Positions 30,168-39,680 of a DNA stretch of 44,114 bases are shown here, one piece after another. Below the pieces are notes generated by a model. That model saw nothing but the letters and a program-made list of their open reading frames with translations, searched no databases and was not told where the DNA came from. Origin of the DNA: Gammaproteobacteria bacterium. Its GTDB lineage: Bacteria; Pseudomonadota; Gammaproteobacteria; Xanthomonadales; Xanthomonadaceae. The stretch lies in NCBI GenBank assembly GCA_012515985.1, contig JAAYXJ010000197.1:1-44114 (forward strand). The letters run 5' to 3'. Within the stretch, counting starts at the first letter, position 1. The number at the start of each line of letters is the position of its first letter. The translations under genes and the position numbers were made by a program.

Positions 30168-32642
30168 TCAGTTCCGCGGCCGGGCGCGGTGGGTGGGCTG
30201 CGCCGACCACGGGTCTTCGGGCCAGGGGTGTTTCGGGTAGCGGCCCTTCATCTCCCTGCGTACCTCGGGCCAGGTCCGCTCCCAGAACCCGCGCAGGTCG
30301 CGGGTGACCTGCAGCGGCCGGCCGGCCGGGGACAGCAGGTGCAGGGTGAGGGGCACGCGGCCATCGGCGATGCGCGGGGTCTCGGCCAGGCCGAACAGCT
30401 CCTGCAGCTTCACCGCCAGCACCGGCTCCTGGCCGAAGGCATAGCTGATCCGCCGCTGCTGGCCCGACGGGACCTGGATGCGTCCGGGGGCCAGCTCATC
30501 CAGGCGACGGGCCAGGGGCCAGTCGAGCAGGGCCCGCAGTGCGCCCGAAAGGTCCGCGGACGCCAGTGCGTCAAGGCGGGTCTTGCCGGCAAAGGCCGGG
30601 CCCAGCCATTCGTCGAGGTCGGCCAGCAGCGCCTCGTCCGACAGGTCCGGCAGGCCCAGCTCCGGCATCCATTCGCGCAGGCAGCGCACGCGCTCGCGCC
30701 ATTGCCGCAGCTCCGGGCTCCACGGCAGCGTCTCGAGCCCCCGCGCGCGGACCGCTTCCACCAGCGCCTGCGCGGCCCGGCCCGGATCGATCGGGCCGCC
30801 GGGCCGGCTGTCCAGGACGATGGCATCGAAGGCGCGCACGCGGTCGGAAACCAGGGCGCCGCGGGCGTCGTCCCAGCGCACCTGGTCGCGCTCGACAAAA
30901 CGCCCTGGGAACGCGCGGCGCAGCTGCGCCTCGTCCACCGGGGCGGCCTGGAGGACCAGGGCATGGCGCGGATCGAAGCGCAGTCCGCTCGCCACCAGCC
31001 ACGGCTCGCCGAACAGCGCGCTGCCCTCGGCCAGCCTCGCCATCCGGCCGTTGGCCAGCTGGTAGCGCAGCGGATCGGCAGGGTGCTGGCGCGCGATGCG
31101 GTCGGGGAAGGCGTGGGCCAGCACGTCACCCAGCGCGTGGGCGGGGACATGGCCGGGGGGCGTGGCGGCAATCTGCAGCCGCTTGCGCCAGCGCCCGGCG
31201 GCGGCATCGATTGCGGCCAGGGCAGCCCGGTTGGCGCCGGCCACGGCGCGCCCGGCCCGGAACGCGGCCAGCGCCTGCCAGCGCGCAGCCAGGGCATCGC
31301 CGTGGCCGGGCAGCGGGTCACGCGCTTCCAGCAGAGCCACCAGGTCGCACGCCAGCGCGGCTGCAGGGCGTGCCGCAAGCAGCATTGCCGCCAGCCGCGG
31401 GTCGGTGCCCAGGGCCAGCATCCTGCGCCCGTCCGGTGTGATGCGGTCTGCCTCGTCGAGCGCCCCAAGGCGCCGCAGCAGGTCACGTGCCGCGCCCATC
31501 GCCCCGGGCGGCGGCGGATCAACGAAGCGCAGCTCGTCGCTGCCCCAGGCCGCCAGCTCCAGGGCCAGGCCGGCCAGGCCGGCGTGGGCGATTTCCGGCC
31601 GCCGCTGTGGTTCCAGGCGCTGCGACTGCGGCCACAGCCGGTAGGCCCATCCGGACGCGACCCGGCCGGCGCGGCCGGCGCGCTGGTCGGCCGATGCCTG
31701 GGTGATCATGACGGTGTCCAGGCGCGAAAAGCCGCTGCCCGGATCGAACCGCGGTTCGCGGGCCAAGCCGGAGTCCACCACCACGCGCACGCCGGGCAGG
31801 GTGACGCTGGATTCGGCCACGTTGGTGGCCAGCACCACCCGGCGCGTGCCGTCGGGCGCCGGCCTCAGCACCTGCGCCTGGCGCTCGACCGGGAGGTCGC
31901 CGTGCAGCGCCAGCACCGTTGCGCCGGTGGCTTCGGCTTCCAGCGCCGCCTGCACCCGGGTGATCTCGCGCCGGCCCGGGAGGAAGACCAGCACGTCGCG
32001 CGGGTGCCGGTCCAGCGCCTGCCTGACGGCGCGCACGGCCTGCCGTTCCAGCGTCTCGTCGCGCCGGGCCGGGAAGTGGGCAATCTCCACGGGGAATGCC
32101 CGCCCCTGGCTCGACAGCCGCGGCGCATCCAGGAACCGCGCCAGGCCCTCGCCGTCCAGGGTCGCCGACATCACCACGATGCGCAGGTCTTCGCGCAGGC
32201 CCGCCTGCACGTCCAGCGCCAGCGCCAGGCCCAGGTCACCGGCCAGGTGGCGCTCGTGGAATTCGTCGAACAGCAGCGCGCCGACGCCCTCCAGCAGCGG
32301 ATCGTCCTGGATCATGCGCGTGAGGATCCCTTCGGTGACCACCTCGATGCGGGTGCGGGCCGAAGTCCGGTTCTCGAAGCGGATGCGGTAGCCGATGGTT
32401 TCGCCCACCGGCTCGCCGAGCTGCGACGCCATGAAGCCTGCCGCCGCGCGCGCGGCCACGCGCCGCGGCTCCAGCATCACGATCCGGCCACCGTCCAGCC
32501 ATCCGGCGTCCAGCAGGGCCGGCGGCACGCGCGTGGTCTTGCCTGCGCCCGGCGGCGCCTCAAGCACCAGTCGCGGATGCACGGCGAGGCTCCGGGCGAT
32601 GTCCGGCAGCAAAGGATCGATCGGGAAGGCGGGGTTGCTCAC
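30168..32642 (-). CDS. hrpB: ATP-dependent helicase HrpB
   Basis: APPGAGKTT, DEFHER, MSAT, ATNVAESSVT, QRAGRAGR, C-terminal LQELFG and GRYPKHPWP. Confidence 0.95.
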   Translation of the reverse strand: MSNPAFPIDPLLPDIARSLAVHPRLVLEAPPGAGKTTRVPPALLDAGWLDGGRIVMLEPRRVAARAAAGFMASQLGEPVGETIGYRIRFENRTSARTRIEVVTEGILTRMIQDDPLLEGVGALLFDEFHERHLAGDLGLALALDVQAGLREDLRIVVMSATLDGEGLARFLDAPRLSSQGRAFPVEIAHFPARRDETLERQAVRAVRQALDRHPRDVLVFLPGRREITRVQAALEAEATGATVLALHGDLPVERQAQVLRPAPDGTRRVVLATNVAESSVTLPGVRVVVDSGLAREPRFDPGSGFSRLDTVMITQASADQRAGRAGRVASGWAYRLWPQSQRLEPQRRPEIAHAGLAGLALELAAWGSDELRFVDPPPPGAMGAARDLLRRLGALDEADRITPDGRRMLALGTDPRLAAMLLAARPAAALACDLVALLEARDPLPGHGDALAARWQALAAFRAGRAVAGANRAALAAIDAAAGRWRKRLQIAATPPGHVPAHALGDVLAHAFPDRIARQHPADPLRYQLANGRMARLAEGSALFGEPWLVASGLRFDPRHALVLQAAPVDEAQLRRAFPGRFVERDQVRWDDARGALVSDRVRAFDAIVLDSRPGGPIDPGRAAQALVEAVRARGLETLPWSPELRQWRERVRCLREWMPELGLPDLSDEALLADLDEWLGPAFAGKTRLDALASADLSGALRALLDWPLARRLDELAPGRIQVPSGQQRRISYAFGQEPVLAVKLQELFGLAETPRIADGRVPLTLHLLSPAGRPLQVTRDLRGFWERTWPEVRREMKGRYPKHPWPEDPWSAQPTHRARPRN

Positions 32643-32677
32643 CGCGGCAAGGATAGGCCGCGGCCTACAATACGCAC
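32643..32677. promoter_or_regulatory. candidate bidirectional promoter with perfect palindrome TAGGCCGCGGCCTA (32654-32667)
   Basis: TACAAT (32666-32671) 6 nt before the tatD ATG; TATCCT on the minus strand (32650-32655) 7 nt before the hrpB GTG; no Shine-Dalgarno for either gene. Confidence 0.6.
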
Positions 32678-33472
32678 ATGCAACTGATCGACATCGGCGT
32701 CAACCTCACCCACGACAGCTTCGACCACGACCGCGACCAGGTGATGCAGCGCGCGCGCGACGCCGGCGTGGCGGGGATGATCGTCACCGGCGCCTGCCGC
32801 GAGCACTCGCCCAGGGCGCTGGAGCTGGCGCGCGCGCATCCGGGCGTGCTCTGGGCGACCGCAGGCGTGCATCCCCACCATGCGACCCAATACACCGCCG
32901 AATGCGATGCCGAGATCCGCGCCCTGCATGCGCATCCGGAAGTGGTGGCGGTGGGCGAGACCGGCCTGGACTACTTCCGCGATTTCTCGCCGCGGCCGGC
33001 CCAACGGCGCGCGTTTGAGCGCCAGCTGGAGATCGCCGCGGAGAACGGCAAGCCGCTGTTCCTGCACCAGCGCGACGCGCACGCGGACTTCATGGCGGTG
33101 ATGAGGCAGTTCGAAGGCCGGCTGGGTCCGGCGGTGGTGCACTGCTTCACCGGCACCCGCGAAGAGCTGTTCGACTACCTCGACCAGGACTGGCACATCG
33201 GCATCACCGGATGGCTGTGCGACGAGCGCCGCGGCGCCCATCTGCGCGAAATCGTCCACAACATCCCGGCCAACCGCCTGATGGTGGAGACCGATTCGCC
33301 CTACCTGCTGCCGCGCACCCTGCAGCCGCGGCCAAAGGATCGCCGCAACGAGCCGATGTACCTCCCGCACATCGTCCAGGAGCTGGCGCGCGACCGGGGC
33401 GAGGCCGCCGCGGCGGTGGCGGCGGCCACCACCGCCACGGCGCGGGCGTTCTTCCGCCTGCCGGAGGGCTGA
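32678..33472 (+). CDS. tatD: TatD family deoxyribonuclease
   Basis: DIGVNL, GVHPH, GETGLD, LHQRDA, HCFTG, ETDSPYL, RNEP. Confidence 0.93.
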   Translation: MQLIDIGVNLTHDSFDHDRDQVMQRARDAGVAGMIVTGACREHSPRALELARAHPGVLWATAGVHPHHATQYTAECDAEIRALHAHPEVVAVGETGLDYFRDFSPRPAQRRAFERQLEIAAENGKPLFLHQRDAHADFMAVMRQFEGRLGPAVVHCFTGTREELFDYLDQDWHIGITGWLCDERRGAHLREIVHNIPANRLMVETDSPYLLPRTLQPRPKDRRNEPMYLPHIVQELARDRGEAAAAVAAATTATARAFFRLPEG

Positions 33473-33483
33473 GCCGGCTGCGC

Positions 33484-33987
33484 TCAGGAGGGCGGCAGCG
33501 CCATCTGCTGCATCACCTCGCCCATCCGCGCGGCCTCTTCCTCCATCTCGATCAGCCGCGCGCAGCCTTTTTCCAGCTCCTCCTGCGGCTGCTCGTCGAT
33601 CCTGGCGACGGCGTGCCGGCGCGCCCAGTCCCACACGGCGTCAACGCGCCCGCCGTCGATCCCGGCGGCCACCATTTCCGCGCGCTGGGTGGCCTGCATC
33701 TGGCGCAGGCTGGCGGCATCGCGCTGGCCACAGGCTTCACTGAGCGCGTGCATGGTGGCGCCCACCTGCACCGCCACCGCCCATGGCGCCATGCGGCCGT
33801 CCGCCTCCAGGCCTTCGGCGGGCATTTCGTCGCTGGGCGGCTCGGGCGTCGGCGCCGGCTGCGGCGCAGCGGGCACCCGCATCGCATCTTCCCCCGGGGC
33901 GTCGCCGCCGTCACAGGCGCTCAGCGTAAGCGCCAGCACCGCGGCGAGCGGGACCAGCCGCAGCCGCGGCCGTGCACAAGCTGACAT
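33484..33987 (-). CDS. hypothetical lipoprotein
   Basis: GGGAG upstream; lipobox LSAC; two further Cys in a helical domain. Confidence 0.65.
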   Translation of the reverse strand: MSACARPRLRLVPLAAVLALTLSACDGGDAPGEDAMRVPAAPQPAPTPEPPSDEMPAEGLEADGRMAPWAVAVQVGATMHALSEACGQRDAASLRQMQATQRAEMVAAGIDGGRVDAVWDWARRHAVARIDEQPQEELEKGCARLIEMEEEAARMGEVMQQMALPPS

Positions 33988-34105
33988 GGGACTCCCCTCC
34001 CGTCTGCGTCGGCGCAAGCATACCGGCGCGGGGGCACCTGCACGCGGCCGGGGACGCGGAATGCGACGGCCCTCGCAAAGCCGGTGCGGCACAGGCCGCG
34101 ACAGG

Positions 34106-34897
34106 TCAGCTGCGCAGGCCCACACCCCGCCGCAGCAGGCCCAGCCCGATCGCGCCAAGCACCGCGACGAAACCGATCATCAGCGCATAGGCCACCCACA
34201 GCGGCACGTCGCCCTGGCCCAGCAGGCCATAGCGGAAGGCGTTGACCATGTAGAAGATGGGATTGGCGTAGGTGAGCTTCTCGGCCCAGCCAGGCAGCAG
34301 GGTGACCGAATAGAACACACCGCCCAGGTAGGTCAGCGGGGTGAGGATGAAGATCGGCACGATCGCCACGTCGTCGAACTTCTTTGCGAACACCGCGTTG
34401 ACGAAGCCGGCCAGGGAGAAGATCGTCGAACCCAGCAGCACCGTCGACAGGGTGATCCACGGATGCGGGATGCGCACGGTGGTGAACAGCATCGCGATGC
34501 ACATCACGATCACGCCCACCATCAGCCCGCGCGCCACCGCACCGGCCACGTAGCCGCCCAGGATCACCCACGGCGGCATCGGGCTCACCAGCAGCTCCTC
34601 CACGTGGCGCCCGAACTTGGCGCCGAAGAAGCTCGAGGAGATGTTGCCGTAGCTGTTCTGGATCACGCTCATCATCACCAGCCCGGGGACGATGAAGTCC
34701 ATGTAGCTGATGCCGTCCATGGTCCCGATGCGGCTGCCGATCAGGCCGCCGAAGATCAGGAAGTAGAGGGTCATGGTGATCGCCGGCGGCACCAGGGTCT
34801 GGCTCCAGATCCGCAGGATCCGCATCACCTCGCGCCGGGCCACCGTGCCCAGCGCCACCAGGTTGAACCGCAGGGTACCTTCCACCGCCGCGCTCAT
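34106..34897 (-). CDS. yadH: ABC-2 type permease (YadH-like)
   Basis: RILRIWSQTLVPP, YMDFIVPGL, NSYGNISSSFF, PLTYLGGVFYS, NPIFYMVNAFR. Confidence 0.9.
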   Translation of the reverse strand: MSAAVEGTLRFNLVALGTVARREVMRILRIWSQTLVPPAITMTLYFLIFGGLIGSRIGTMDGISYMDFIVPGLVMMSVIQNSYGNISSSFFGAKFGRHVEELLVSPMPPWVILGGYVAGAVARGLMVGVIVMCIAMLFTTVRIPHPWITLSTVLLGSTIFSLAGFVNAVFAKKFDDVAIVPIFILTPLTYLGGVFYSVTLLPGWAEKLTYANPIFYMVNAFRYGLLGQGDVPLWVAYALMIGFVAVLGAIGLGLLRRGVGLRS

Positions 34898-35871
34898 GCC
34901 GCCTGCTCCCCGCTGCCGGAGTCCGTTTCCGCGGCGCCCTCGCCGGTCATGCGCACGAACAGCTCCTCGAGCCGGTTGGACTTGGTGCGCATCGAACGCA
35001 CCCGGATGCCGGCGCCATCAAGCGCGGCGAAGATCCGGTTGAGGTCCATCGAGCGCGGCATGTCGATTTCCAGGGTGTGGGCGTCGCGGGCGGCGATCGC
35101 CGTCCCCGGGACCTCCGGCAGCCGCTGCGGCAACTCGCCGTCGATGTCGAGCACGAAGCCCTCCACGTCCAGCTTGGCCAGCAGCTCGCGCATCGGCCCG
35201 CGCTCAACGATGCGGCCATGGTCGATGATGGCCAGGTTGCGGCACAGGCTTTCGGCCTCTTCCAGGTAATGGGTGGTGAGGATGATGGTGGTGCCGGCGG
35301 CGTTGATCTCGCGCAGGGTGCGCCACATGCCGCGGCGGATCTCGATGTCCACCCCGGCGGTCGGCTCGTCCAGGATCAGCAGCCTGGGGCGGGTCATCAT
35401 CGCCCGGGCGATCATGAGCCGCCGCTTCATGCCCCCCGACAGGGTCCGGCTCATCACCTCGGCCTTGTCCCACAGCTGGGCGCCGCGCAGCTCCGCCTCC
35501 GCGCGCTCAAGCGCCTCCTTGCGCGGGATGCCGAAGAAACCGGCGTAGTTGGCCAGGATGTCGATCGGCTTTTCGAACAGGTTGAAGTTGATCTCCTGCG
35601 GCACCAGGCCGATCAGGCGCATGGCCGCGCCGCGGTCGCGGGCCAGGTCCACGCCGAATACCGACACGTCGCCGGAGGTCTTGTTGACCAGCGAGGAGAT
35701 GATCCCGATCAGGGTGCTCTTGCCGGCCCCGTTGGGCCCGAGCAGCGCGTAGAAGTCGCCCGGGGCCACCTCCAGCGAGACGCCCTTGAGCGCCTGCACG
35801 CCTCCGGCATAGGTTTTGCGCAGGTCCCGCACCGACAGCGCCGGCGCGTCGCCCTGTGGTCGATGGGTCAT
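34894..35871 (-). CDS. yadG: ABC transporter ATP-binding protein (YadG-like)
   Basis: GPNGAGKS, LSGGMKRR, LDEPTAGVD, TTHYLEEA, NRLEELF. Confidence 0.9.
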   Translation of the reverse strand: MTHRPQGDAPALSVRDLRKTYAGGVQALKGVSLEVAPGDFYALLGPNGAGKSTLIGIISSLVNKTSGDVSVFGVDLARDRGAAMRLIGLVPQEINFNLFEKPIDILANYAGFFGIPRKEALERAEAELRGAQLWDKAEVMSRTLSGGMKRRLMIARAMMTRPRLLILDEPTAGVDIEIRRGMWRTLREINAAGTTIILTTHYLEEAESLCRNLAIIDHGRIVERGPMRELLAKLDVEGFVLDIDGELPQRLPEVPGTAIAARDAHTLEIDMPRSMDLNRIFAALDGAGIRVRSMRTKSNRLEELFVRMTGEGAAETDSGSGEQAA

Positions 35872-35959
35872 GGGGGGTCCTTGTCGCGGTCCGCACGGCG
35901 AATCCCATTAGTATAGGCGGCTGTGCACGGGCACCCGTGCGACGTTGCGTTGCGTTTCC

Positions 35960-36724
35960 TTGGCACCCAGACACTTCCCCCTCAAGCTTGTTTCCCGGCG
36001 GATGATCGCGCCCACCGTCGCCCACCTGGAGCTGGTGCGCGACGACGGCCAGGCGCTGGACTTCAACCCCGGGCAGTTCATCCAGGTCCATTTCGAACTC
36101 GCCGACGGCACCCCGGCCCGGCGCAGCTATTCGATCGCCTCGGTGCGCGACCGCCCGGCGCGGCCGGATGACCTGGTGGAGATCGCGGTGAGCTACGTGC
36201 CCGGCGGCGCGGCCACCGCGCTGTTCGAAAGCCTGGAGGTGGGCGAGAGCATCAACGCCGCCGGGCCGTTCGGCCGCTTCTGCCTGATGCCCAACGATGC
36301 CAACCGCCGCTACCTGCTGGTGGCCACCGGCACCGGCGTCACCCCTTACCGGGCCATGCTGCCGCTGCTGGAGCGGCAGATGCGCGAGCGCGGCGTCGAC
36401 GTTGCGCTGCTGTTTGGCGCCCGCAGCCCCGCCGAGCTGCTCTACGGGGACGAGTTCCGCGCCTTCGCCGAAGCCCACCCGAAGTTCCGCTTCATCCCCT
36501 GCTTCTCGCGTGAGCTGCCGGATCCCGGCTCGGCGCACGACCATCCCGATGTCCGCCATGGCTACGTGCAGCAGTTCCTGGACGAACTCGCGCCCAGCGG
36601 CGACACCGACCTGGCCTACCTGTGCGGCAACCCGGACATGGTCGACGCCTGCTTCGAGGCGCTGAAGGAATTCGGCCTCGCGGTGCCGCAGATCCGGCGC
36701 GAGAAGTACGTCAGCAACAAGTAG
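35960..36724 (+). CDS. ferredoxin-NADP+ reductase-like FAD/NAD(P)-binding oxidoreductase
   Basis: RSYS, GPFG, ATGTGVTP, YLCGNPDMV, EKY; start uncertain (TTG 35960). Confidence 0.85.
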   Translation: MAPRHFPLKLVSRRMIAPTVAHLELVRDDGQALDFNPGQFIQVHFELADGTPARRSYSIASVRDRPARPDDLVEIAVSYVPGGAATALFESLEVGESINAAGPFGRFCLMPNDANRRYLLVATGTGVTPYRAMLPLLERQMRERGVDVALLFGARSPAELLYGDEFRAFAEAHPKFRFIPCFSRELPDPGSAHDHPDVRHGYVQQFLDELAPSGDTDLAYLCGNPDMVDACFEALKEFGLAVPQIRREKYVSNK

Positions 36725-36751
36725 GCCCCGGCCGGTCCGCCCGGTGCAGAT

Positions 36752-36816
36752 CGCTGTCAAGGTCGCTTGACAGCGCTGGCGGGGAGGCGCATCATCGATG
36801 TCAAGCTCACTTGACA
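36752..36816 (+). promoter_or_regulatory. sigma70-like promoter with two palindromic operators TGTCAAG-N4-CTTGACA
   Basis: CGCTGTCAAG-gtcg-CTTGACAGCG (36752-36775) and TGTCAAG-ctca-CTTGACA (36799-36816); TTGACA (36767-36772), 17 nt, then CATCAT (36790-36795). Confidence 0.75.
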
Positions 36817-36825
36817 CATGCCGCC

Positions 36826-37218
36826 ATGCGCCCCGTCGCCCGCCGCTACATGCACGAGTTCGTCCCCGCCATGGCCGCCTACGTGGTGGTCCTGTTCCTC
36901 TCGACCTGGGCGCTGCGCCACGTGGAGGCAACCGCGCTGCGGGTCCTGCTTGCGCTGGCCCCGGCGGTCCCGGTCGCCGCGGCCGCGCGCGCGGTGCTGC
37001 GCTTCGTGCGCGGCAGCGACGAACTTGACCGCAAGATCCTGCTGGAGGCGTTCGCGCTGGCGGCCCTGGTGCTGACGCTGGGCAGCTTCAGCCTGGGCCT
37101 GCTGGTGATGGCCGACGTGATCCCGATGCGCGCGGACATGGCGCTGCTCTGGATCCTGCCGGTCTATTGCCTGCTGTACGGCGCATTCGCCGCCATCGCC
37201 CGGCGCCGCTACGCATGA
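36826..37218 (+). CDS. small 4-TM membrane protein
   Basis: Four hydrophobic segments, central DEL..; stop overlaps the XRE start (ATGA). Confidence 0.75.
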   Translation: MRPVARRYMHEFVPAMAAYVVVLFLSTWALRHVEATALRVLLALAPAVPVAAAARAVLRFVRGSDELDRKILLEAFALAALVLTLGSFSLGLLVMADVIPMRADMALLWILPVYCLLYGAFAAIARRRYA

Positions 37219-37421
37219 AGAACCGCATGCGCGAGCTGCGCGAAGCGCGCGGCTGGTCGCAGGCCCGGCTGGGGGAGCAGCTGGACGTATCGCGCCAGAC
37301 CATCAACGCGATCGAGACCGGCAAGTACGACCCGAGCCTGCCGCTCGCCTTCCGGATCGCGCGCGAGTTCGGGGAACCGATCGAATCCATTTTCCTGTTC
37401 GAAGAAGGGGACACACCATGA
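37215..37421 (+). CDS. XRE/HTH_3 family transcriptional regulator
   Basis: NRMRELR...WSQARLGEQLDVSRQTINAIETGKYDPSLPLAFRIA. Confidence 0.92.
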   Translation: MKNRMRELREARGWSQARLGEQLDVSRQTINAIETGKYDPSLPLAFRIAREFGEPIESIFLFEEGDTP

Positions 37422-38935
37422 GACCCAGGCTCCAGCTGACCTGGCTGCTCGCGCTGGCCACCCTGCTTGTGGCGTGCGATGCGACGCCACAGCAGCCGCC
37501 CGGCCCGCGCGCCGATGCCGACGGCATCCTGCACTACGGCCGGATCCGTTTCGAACCCTGCTCGCTGGACGGGCAGGGCAATACCTCGGTGCGGGCGCAG
37601 TGCGCCACGCTCCAGGTGGCCGAGGACCCCGACGCCCCCGAGGGACGGCAGATCGGTCTGGCGATCGCGCTGGTGCCCGCCAGCGGCCTGGCCGAGGCCG
37701 ACCCGGTGTTCATGATCGCGGGGGGGCCGGGGCAGTCGGCGCTTGAAACCTACCCGCAGCTGCACGGCGCCTTCGCCGACGTGCGCCGCAACCGCCATGT
37801 GGTCCTGGTCGACGCGCGCGGCACCGGGGGCTCGAACCCGCTGCACTGCCCGCTGGACGTGGACGATCCGATGCTGACCCTGGATGGCGAGGAAGCCGCC
37901 GCGGCCGCGCGCGAGTTCACCCGGCGCTGCCGGGACACGCTGGAAGAGGTGGCGGACCTGCGCTTCTACACCACCGCTGACCATGTCCGCGACCTGGAGG
38001 CGGTGCGCCGGGCGCTGGGCGCGCCGCAGGTGAACCTGGTCGGGGTGTCCTACGGGACCCGGGTCGCGCAGCAATACGCGGCCAGCCATCCGCAGCATGC
38101 CCGCGCCCTGGTCCTGGATTCGGTGGTGCCCAATTCGCTGGTGCTCGGCCAGGACCACGCCCGCAACCTGGAAGATGCGCTGGAGGTGCACTTCGCCCGC
38201 TGCCGCGAGGACGGCGCCTGCGCCGCCAACCTGGGCGATCCGCGCGAACAGCTCGACCTGGTGCGCGCCAGGCTGGAGGCCGGCGGGATCGCCCCGGTGC
38301 GCTATCGCGACCCGGTCGACGGGCAGTGGCGCGAGGATGTCCCGCGCTTCGGCCACCTGGCCGGCGTCCTGCGCATGTACCCCTACCAGCCCACGATGGC
38401 ATCCGTGCTGCCGCTGCTGCTGCACGAAGCCGGGCAGGGCCGTTATGAAAGCCTGCTCGCGCAGTCGCGCATGATGTACCGGAACCTGGGCGAATCGATC
38501 GCGATGGGCATGAGCCTCTCGGTGACCTGCAGCGAGGACGCCCAGGATTTCGATCCGGACGCCGGCGACGCGGACACGGTGCTGGGCACGGCCTTCCTGT
38601 CGGCGATGGAGGAACAGTGCGGGCTGTGGCCCCGCGGAACCCGCGGCCGGGACTTCCGTGCGCCGCTCCAGGGCGAGGTGCCGGTGCTTGCGATCAGCGG
38701 CGAATTCGACCCGGTGACCCCGCCGCGCTACGGCGATGAGGTGGTGGAGCACCTGCCCAACGGCCGCCACCTGGTGCTGCCCGGGCAGGGGCACAGCGTC
38801 CTGTCCACCGGGTGCATGCCCAAGCTGTTCGCACAGTTCATCGAATCCGCCGACGCGCATGCGATCGATGACGCCTGCCTGCAGCGGCTGCGCCCGGCGC
38901 CGCCGTTCGCCGGCCACTACGGATGGGAGCCCTGA
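37418..38935 (+). CDS. exported alpha/beta hydrolase (tripeptidyl aminopeptidase-like, S33)
   Basis: Lipobox LVAC; GGPG, DARGTG, GVSYGT, DPVTP, GHS. Confidence 0.85.
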   Translation: MRPRLQLTWLLALATLLVACDATPQQPPGPRADADGILHYGRIRFEPCSLDGQGNTSVRAQCATLQVAEDPDAPEGRQIGLAIALVPASGLAEADPVFMIAGGPGQSALETYPQLHGAFADVRRNRHVVLVDARGTGGSNPLHCPLDVDDPMLTLDGEEAAAAAREFTRRCRDTLEEVADLRFYTTADHVRDLEAVRRALGAPQVNLVGVSYGTRVAQQYAASHPQHARALVLDSVVPNSLVLGQDHARNLEDALEVHFARCREDGACAANLGDPREQLDLVRARLEAGGIAPVRYRDPVDGQWREDVPRFGHLAGVLRMYPYQPTMASVLPLLLHEAGQGRYESLLAQSRMMYRNLGESIAMGMSLSVTCSEDAQDFDPDAGDADTVLGTAFLSAMEEQCGLWPRGTRGRDFRAPLQGEVPVLAISGEFDPVTPPRYGDEVVEHLPNGRHLVLPGQGHSVLSTGCMPKLFAQFIESADAHAIDDACLQRLRPAPPFAGHYGWEP

Positions 38936-38936
38936 G

Positions 38937-39680
38937 ATGATCCTGCTCGAGAACCTGCACAAGACGTTCAAGGCCAAGGGTGGCCCCGTCCACGCGGTGA
39001 AGGGCGTGGGATTCGAGGCCCGCGACGGCGAGATCACCGGCCTGCTGGGGCCCAACGGCGCCGGCAAGACCACCACCCTGCGGATGCTCTACACCCTGAT
39101 GTCTCCCGACCAGGGGCGGATCGAGGTGGACGGGATCGACGTGGCCCGCGACCCGCCTGCCGTGCGCCGCCGCCTGGGCGTGCTGCCGGATGCCCGCGGC
39201 ATCTACAAGCGCCTGACAGCGCGCGAGAACGTGGAGTACTTCGGGCGCCTGCACGGGCTCGACGACGCCACCATCGCGGCGCGGATCGACCGCCTGGCCG
39301 AAGCGCTTAACATGCGCGACTTCCTCGATCGCCGCACCGAAGGCTTTTCCCAGGGCCAGCGCACCAAGACCGCGATCGCGCGGGCCCTGGTGCATGACCC
39401 GAAGAACGTGATCCTGGACGAGCCGACCAACGGCCTGGACGTGATGACCACGCGCGGCCTGCGCGGGTTCCTGCGCGATCTGCGGTCGCAGGGCCGCTGC
39501 GTGATCTTCTCCAGCCACATCATGCAGGAGGTGGCGGCGCTGTGTGACCGCATCGTGGTGATCGCGCACGGCGAAGTGCGCGCCGTCGGCACGCCCGACG
39601 AACTGCGCGAACAGACCGGGCTGGCCGACCTGGAAGACGTGTTCGTACGCCTGGCCGACCTGGAAGGAGCTGAAGCATGA
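38937..39680 (+). CDS. natA: ABC ATP-binding protein (NatA-like)
   Basis: GPNGAGKTT, FSQGQ, LDEPTNGLDV, SSHIMQEV. Confidence 0.85.
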   Translation: MILLENLHKTFKAKGGPVHAVKGVGFEARDGEITGLLGPNGAGKTTTLRMLYTLMSPDQGRIEVDGIDVARDPPAVRRRLGVLPDARGIYKRLTARENVEYFGRLHGLDDATIAARIDRLAEALNMRDFLDRRTEGFSQGQRTKTAIARALVHDPKNVILDEPTNGLDVMTTRGLRGFLRDLRSQGRCVIFSSHIMQEVAALCDRIVVIAHGEVRAVGTPDELREQTGLADLEDVFVRLADLEGAEA

